Source of the DNA: Candidatus Aenigmatarchaeota archaeon
Lineage (GTDB): Archaea > Aenigmatarchaeota > Aenigmatarchaeia > CG10238-14
Length of the DNA stretch: 51,644 bases
Reading direction: 5' to 3'
NCBI GenBank assembly: GCA_018920345.1
Contig: JAHLMN010000011.1
Span: 1 to 51,644 of the forward strand
This document shows positions 48,500 to 51,644 of this stretch, piece after piece. The notes below the pieces were generated by a model, which saw only the letters and a list, made by a program, of their open reading frames with translations, made no database searches and was not told the origin of the DNA. Each line of letters opens with the position of its first letter. The stretch's first letter is position 1. A program made the position numbers and the translations under genes.

Positions 48500-48581
48500 G
48501 TAATACGTATTACAAAAACGAAAATAAAAGCTTTTTTGACAAAAATAAGAAAAATTTGAGCTTTTTGTAATACGTCTGACA
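48499..48581. promoter_or_regulatory. Pair of 16-bp palindromic operators
   Basis: TGTAATACGTATTACA (48499-48514, perfect palindrome) and TGTAATACGTCTGACA (48566-48581, 14/16 identical). Confidence 0.75.
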
Positions 48582-48860
48582 TCACTCACTAACTTTCTTC
48601 ATATATTTCAAGTATGTTAAAACACCTTTTAAATCGACATTTTTATTCTTTAATTTGACTAATTTTAGCTTTAAACCATATTCGTTTAAATTTTGAGTCA
48701 AAATAAACTGATTTAAGTATTTATCTAAAATTTCAGAGACAGTTTGATGATGAATACCAGTTCTTCTGCTTATTTCCCTTAAATGAAGCCAATCTTGAGC
48801 TTCTTTAAGCACAAAAAGAATTTTTCCGATTTTTTTTACTGTATCTTGACGCATACCCAT
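48582..48860 (-). CDS. Small winged-HTH DNA-binding protein
   Basis: LHLREISRRTGIHHQTVSEIL. Confidence 0.8.
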   Translation of the reverse strand: MGMRQDTVKKIGKILFVLKEAQDWLHLREISRRTGIHHQTVSEILDKYLNQFILTQNLNEYGLKLKLVKLKNKNVDLKGVLTYLKYMKKVSE

Positions 48861-48943
48861 AATCTCTCACGAACTCTCACTTGCCAGCTGGCGCCTTTTT
48901 ATCTCACTTTTCTAGACTATTATAGCATTTCTACTTTAAGATA

Positions 48944-49591
48944 TTATGCCAAACTTCTATCACAAACCCTTCTAAACCTACACTTTAAGCATTTTTGAGG
49001 ATTTGTTGTTGATTCTGGCAATCTAACATCTCTGATGAGATCATGTATTTCAATTATATCCTTTACAACCGTTTCTAAGAGATTTTTATCAAATTTTTGA
49101 CACCAAAAAACTTCTTTAGTATCTCTATTTCTTAAAACACTGAAAATATCTCTATCGGGCTTAAATTCTTCAGAAAAACTTAAGCTATATGCAGCCACTT
49201 GCTTGATAAGACCTTGATAAGCTACACTACCTGGCTTGTCATCTATTATTAAAATATTATCAGGAAATATTTGTACCTCATCTATTTTTCCATATATACC
49301 ATATTTGCTGGAAATAGTTTCCAGCTCTCTTATAAAAAAAGACTCGCCTGTTTCTTTAGATCTAATCAAGGCTTCTTCTATTGTCATTTCTTCTTCAGCT
49401 TGCTCTAGAAACTCTCTTTCTAACTCTTCATGAATCTGCTTACCAATTATCATTTCTGCTGTTTTCTCAACTTTTATTTTCTTTATCTTTTCCAAATATA
49501 ACTGGTATTCACAAAAACCTTTACTATGCAGCCAAGATATAGGAAAATGATTAATACCATTTATAACTATCAAACCATCTATTCCATTCAT
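48944..49591 (-). CDS. cas4: Cas4-like RecB-family nuclease (solo, Fe-S)
   Basis: FCEYQ, GKQIH, GKIDEV, IDDKP, QVAAY, KCLKCRFRRVC (1+3 Cys). Confidence 0.85.
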   Translation of the reverse strand: MNGIDGLIVINGINHFPISWLHSKGFCEYQLYLEKIKKIKVEKTAEMIIGKQIHEELEREFLEQAEEEMTIEEALIRSKETGESFFIRELETISSKYGIYGKIDEVQIFPDNILIIDDKPGSVAYQGLIKQVAAYSLSFSEEFKPDRDIFSVLRNRDTKEVFWCQKFDKNLLETVVKDIIEIHDLIRDVRLPESTTNPQKCLKCRFRRVCDRSLA

Positions 49592-49695
49592 AAAACCACA
49601 AATTTATAGCTTCTCTAAACAAATATAGATACAAATAAAAATCAAAAAGATTTAAATAAATGAAATAAAACAATAAAGTGTTTTGGTGATAAGGT

Positions 49696-50307
49696 TTGAA
49701 GGTAAAGATTCTTGAAAAAGACGATTTTAAGATGAAACTTCAAATAGAAGGAATAAATGCGGCAATGGCAGGGGAATTAAGAAGGATAATGATATCAGAA
49801 ATTCCTACGATGGCAATAGAGTGGGTAGACTTTCATGCAAATGATTCAATATTGTGGGACGAAATAATAGCACATAGACTTGGCTTGATACCTCTCACTT
49901 TTGATCCAAACTTTTTCAATTTTAAAGATGAATGCCAATGTGAAGGCAAAGGATGTACAAAATGTCAAGTAGCCTTTGCATTAAAAAGAACAGGGCCTGG
50001 AATGGTTTATTCTGGAGATTTGAAAACAACAGATGATAGAGTAAAGCCAGTATTCGATAAAATACCTATTGTAGAGCTAATGGAAGGTCAAGAGCTAGAA
50101 CTAGAAGCTTTTGCTGAATTAGGTATTGGCCGAAAGCATGCTAAATGGCAGGGAGCAGTAGTAGGTTACAAGGTAGATGGAGACAAATATATCTTTAATA
50201 TAGAGAGTGTTTGTGGTTTGAAACCGGAACAAGTTTTCACTCAGGCATTAAAAGTTTTGAATGAAAAACTAGAGGACTTTACTAAAGATGTAGAAAGAAT
50301 AAAGTAA
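49696..50307 (+). CDS. rpoD: DNA-directed RNA polymerase subunit D (Rpo3)
   Basis: LRRIMISEIPTMAI, DEIIAHRLGLIPL, CQCEGKGCTKC, GRKHAKW; TTG start after SD GGTGA; no ferredoxin insert. Confidence 0.95.
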   Translation: MKVKILEKDDFKMKLQIEGINAAMAGELRRIMISEIPTMAIEWVDFHANDSILWDEIIAHRLGLIPLTFDPNFFNFKDECQCEGKGCTKCQVAFALKRTGPGMVYSGDLKTTDDRVKPVFDKIPIVELMEGQELELEAFAELGIGRKHAKWQGAVVGYKVDGDKYIFNIESVCGLKPEQVFTQALKVLNEKLEDFTKDVERIK

Positions 50308-50340
50308 TTTAATGCTAATTCTATAATTATTTTGAAATAT

Positions 50341-50436
50341 GCAGGGGTAGCCAAGCGGCCAAAGGCGCAGGACTTAAGTTGCTTGGAGAAATCCTGTCTC
50401 TTAGTGAGTTCGAGAGTTCGAATCTCTCCCCCTGCA
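50341..50436 (+). tRNA. tRNA-Leu(TAA) with a 12-nt intron at position 37/38 (50379-50390)
   Basis: Acceptor stem GCAGGGG/CCCCTGC, anticodon stem CAGGA/TCCTG, TAA at 50375-50377, long variable arm, GTTCGAAT T-loop; CCA not encoded. Confidence 0.93.
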
Positions 50437-50536
50437 TTTTATTTAAACAATTTTGAGTTTTTCTATAATAAAAGATTTTAAATACCGATCCGGAATCCAA
50501 AAAGTATATTTTTTTAATTTTTTAAAATTTCATAAT

Positions 50537-51301
50537 ATGAGAATTTTATTAAATTTAGAAAGTTTGAAGGATTGTGAATATGATTTAAAATATTTTCATA
50601 AATTGCAGGGATTTATTTACAATTTAATCAAAGAAAACGAATATAAAATATTACACAATAAAATAGGTTATAAATTTTTTTGTTTTTCAAATATCTATCC
50701 ATTTAAAAACATAAATATTGGTGATAAAAGAAAATTGATGATTTCCTCTCCTGATAAATTTTTAATCAAATATTTAAAAGAAAGACTTGAGAAATTAACA
50801 GAAGAAAATATACCAATAAATATAGGTGAAATGTCTTTTAAGCTTTCTAGTATTTCTATATTAAATACTAAGATTAAAAACAATTCTAGATTAATTTCTA
50901 CTACACCTATTATCATAAGAATTCCAGAAAAAAATTATGACAAATACGGAATACCGACTAACTATAGAAAAAAAAGATATGTTTATTGGAGACCGCAATA
51001 TTCCTTTGAAGCATTCATAAAGCAGCTTGAAAATAATCTTTTTAAGAAGTACAATGAATTTTATAAAACAAGAATTGAAGAATTTCCTATATTTGAGGAG
51101 ATGAAATATAAGAGACTTGTAGTTTCTCATATATTAATAAATGGAAAAGAGTATAAACTTGTTGGAAGCATATGGGAATTTATATTTACTTACTTAAATA
51201 ATAGACAGAGAAAAATATTAGAATTTGGAATGGATTGTGGTTTTGGCGAGAGAAATAGTTTTGGATTTGGTTTTGTAAATAAGAAAAATGAAGTGAATTA
51301 A
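50537..51301 (+). CDS. cas6: CRISPR-associated endoribonuclease Cas6
   Basis: LQGFIY, LHNK.GYKFFCFS, ISSP, TPIII, NL.KKY, G-rich loop GFGERNSFGFG; ATG at 50537. Confidence 0.93.
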   Translation: MRILLNLESLKDCEYDLKYFHKLQGFIYNLIKENEYKILHNKIGYKFFCFSNIYPFKNINIGDKRKLMISSPDKFLIKYLKERLEKLTEENIPINIGEMSFKLSSISILNTKIKNNSRLISTTPIIIRIPEKNYDKYGIPTNYRKKRYVYWRPQYSFEAFIKQLENNLFKKYNEFYKTRIEEFPIFEEMKYKRLVVSHILINGKEYKLVGSIWEFIFTYLNNRQRKILEFGMDCGFGERNSFGFGFVNKKNEVN

Positions 51302-51304
51302 AAT

Positions 51305-51644
51305 ATGATAATACGTAGATTGATAGATAGTGTAAATGTTGCCGATTTGTATAACATGAATGAACTAATTATAGAAAGAAAACTAAAATCATCAAGAATT
51401 ATAGAGGGTTGTGGTTTTGTGAAAAAAGAGAAAAATGTATATGTTATTTTTTATTTATGTATCGGGGATTGTGAAATAATAAAATTGAAAGTGTATAATA
51501 TTTCTTTAATTTTTTTTGAAAGAAAAATTAAAACAGTAAAAAAATTAATAGAAAAAAATAATAAAAAATTGGAGAATTTTTCTGATAATATTTTTAATTT
51601 AGTTGAAAAGATTTTGTTTGATTTTAGGTTGAAAAAATGTCAAA
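51305..51644 (+). CDS. Partial ORF after cas6, possibly a Cas effector large subunit (truncated by window end)
   Basis: ATG 3 nt after the cas6 stop and open to the window end (MIIRRLIDSVNVADLYNM...); no diagnostic motif seen. Confidence 0.4.
   Translation, partial: MIIRRLIDSVNVADLYNMNELIIERKLKSSRIIEGCGFVKKEKNVYVIFYLCIGDCEIIKLKVYNISLIFFERKIKTVKKLIEKNNKKLENFSDNIFNLVEKILFDFRLKKCQ

Noticed and set aside
48500-48589. N-terminal extension of the Cas2-like ORF to 48589
   Set aside because: The extension spans the operator/promoter region; the domain begins at ATG 48499.
1585-51130. Numerous 60-160 aa ORFs antisense to or nested in longer genes (e.g. 43241..43726, 31870..32202, 46306..46632)
   Set aside because: They fully overlap well-supported genes, show no motifs and have composition typical of shadow frames.

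Overview
Very AT-rich archaeal chromosome segment. The gene set and protein features suggest DPANN, possibly Aenigmarchaeota; that taxonomy is inference. 1-20.9 kb is an N-glycosylation/surface-glycan locus: aglB, aglH, Alg13/Alg14, a flippase, GT2/GT4/GT-C enzymes, four SAM methyltransferases and a B12 radical SAM. 24-30 kb is a replication locus: an ORB-flanked oriC, then cdc6, an inactivated and internally deleted DP1-like subunit, and a Pol-delta-like PolB ending in a PolD DP2-type zinc finger, convergent on a catalytically degenerate LAGLIDADG gene. 30-45 kb holds housekeeping genes (hjc-like, CBS proteins, htpX/lemA, mat, nop5/fibrillarin, DHH/HD nucleases, dnaG, thpR). 45-47.3 kb is a module of ExeA-like AAA+-wHTH, PRC barrel and coiled-coil/wHTH genes, bracketed by phased CTTCAC(GTGAA) arrays, with 10-bp tandem arrays inside the last gene. 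The window ends with kae1, a split PaaX-like pair with palindromic operators, solo cas4, rpoD, an intron-containing tRNA-Leu(TAA) and cas6. The two best candidates for new biology are (1) the eukaryote-like PolB+DP2 zinc finger / dead-DP1 polymerase operon at oriC and (2) the CTTCAC-array/AAA+-wHTH/PRC-barrel system. All family calls come from recognising motifs by eye; no database search was run.
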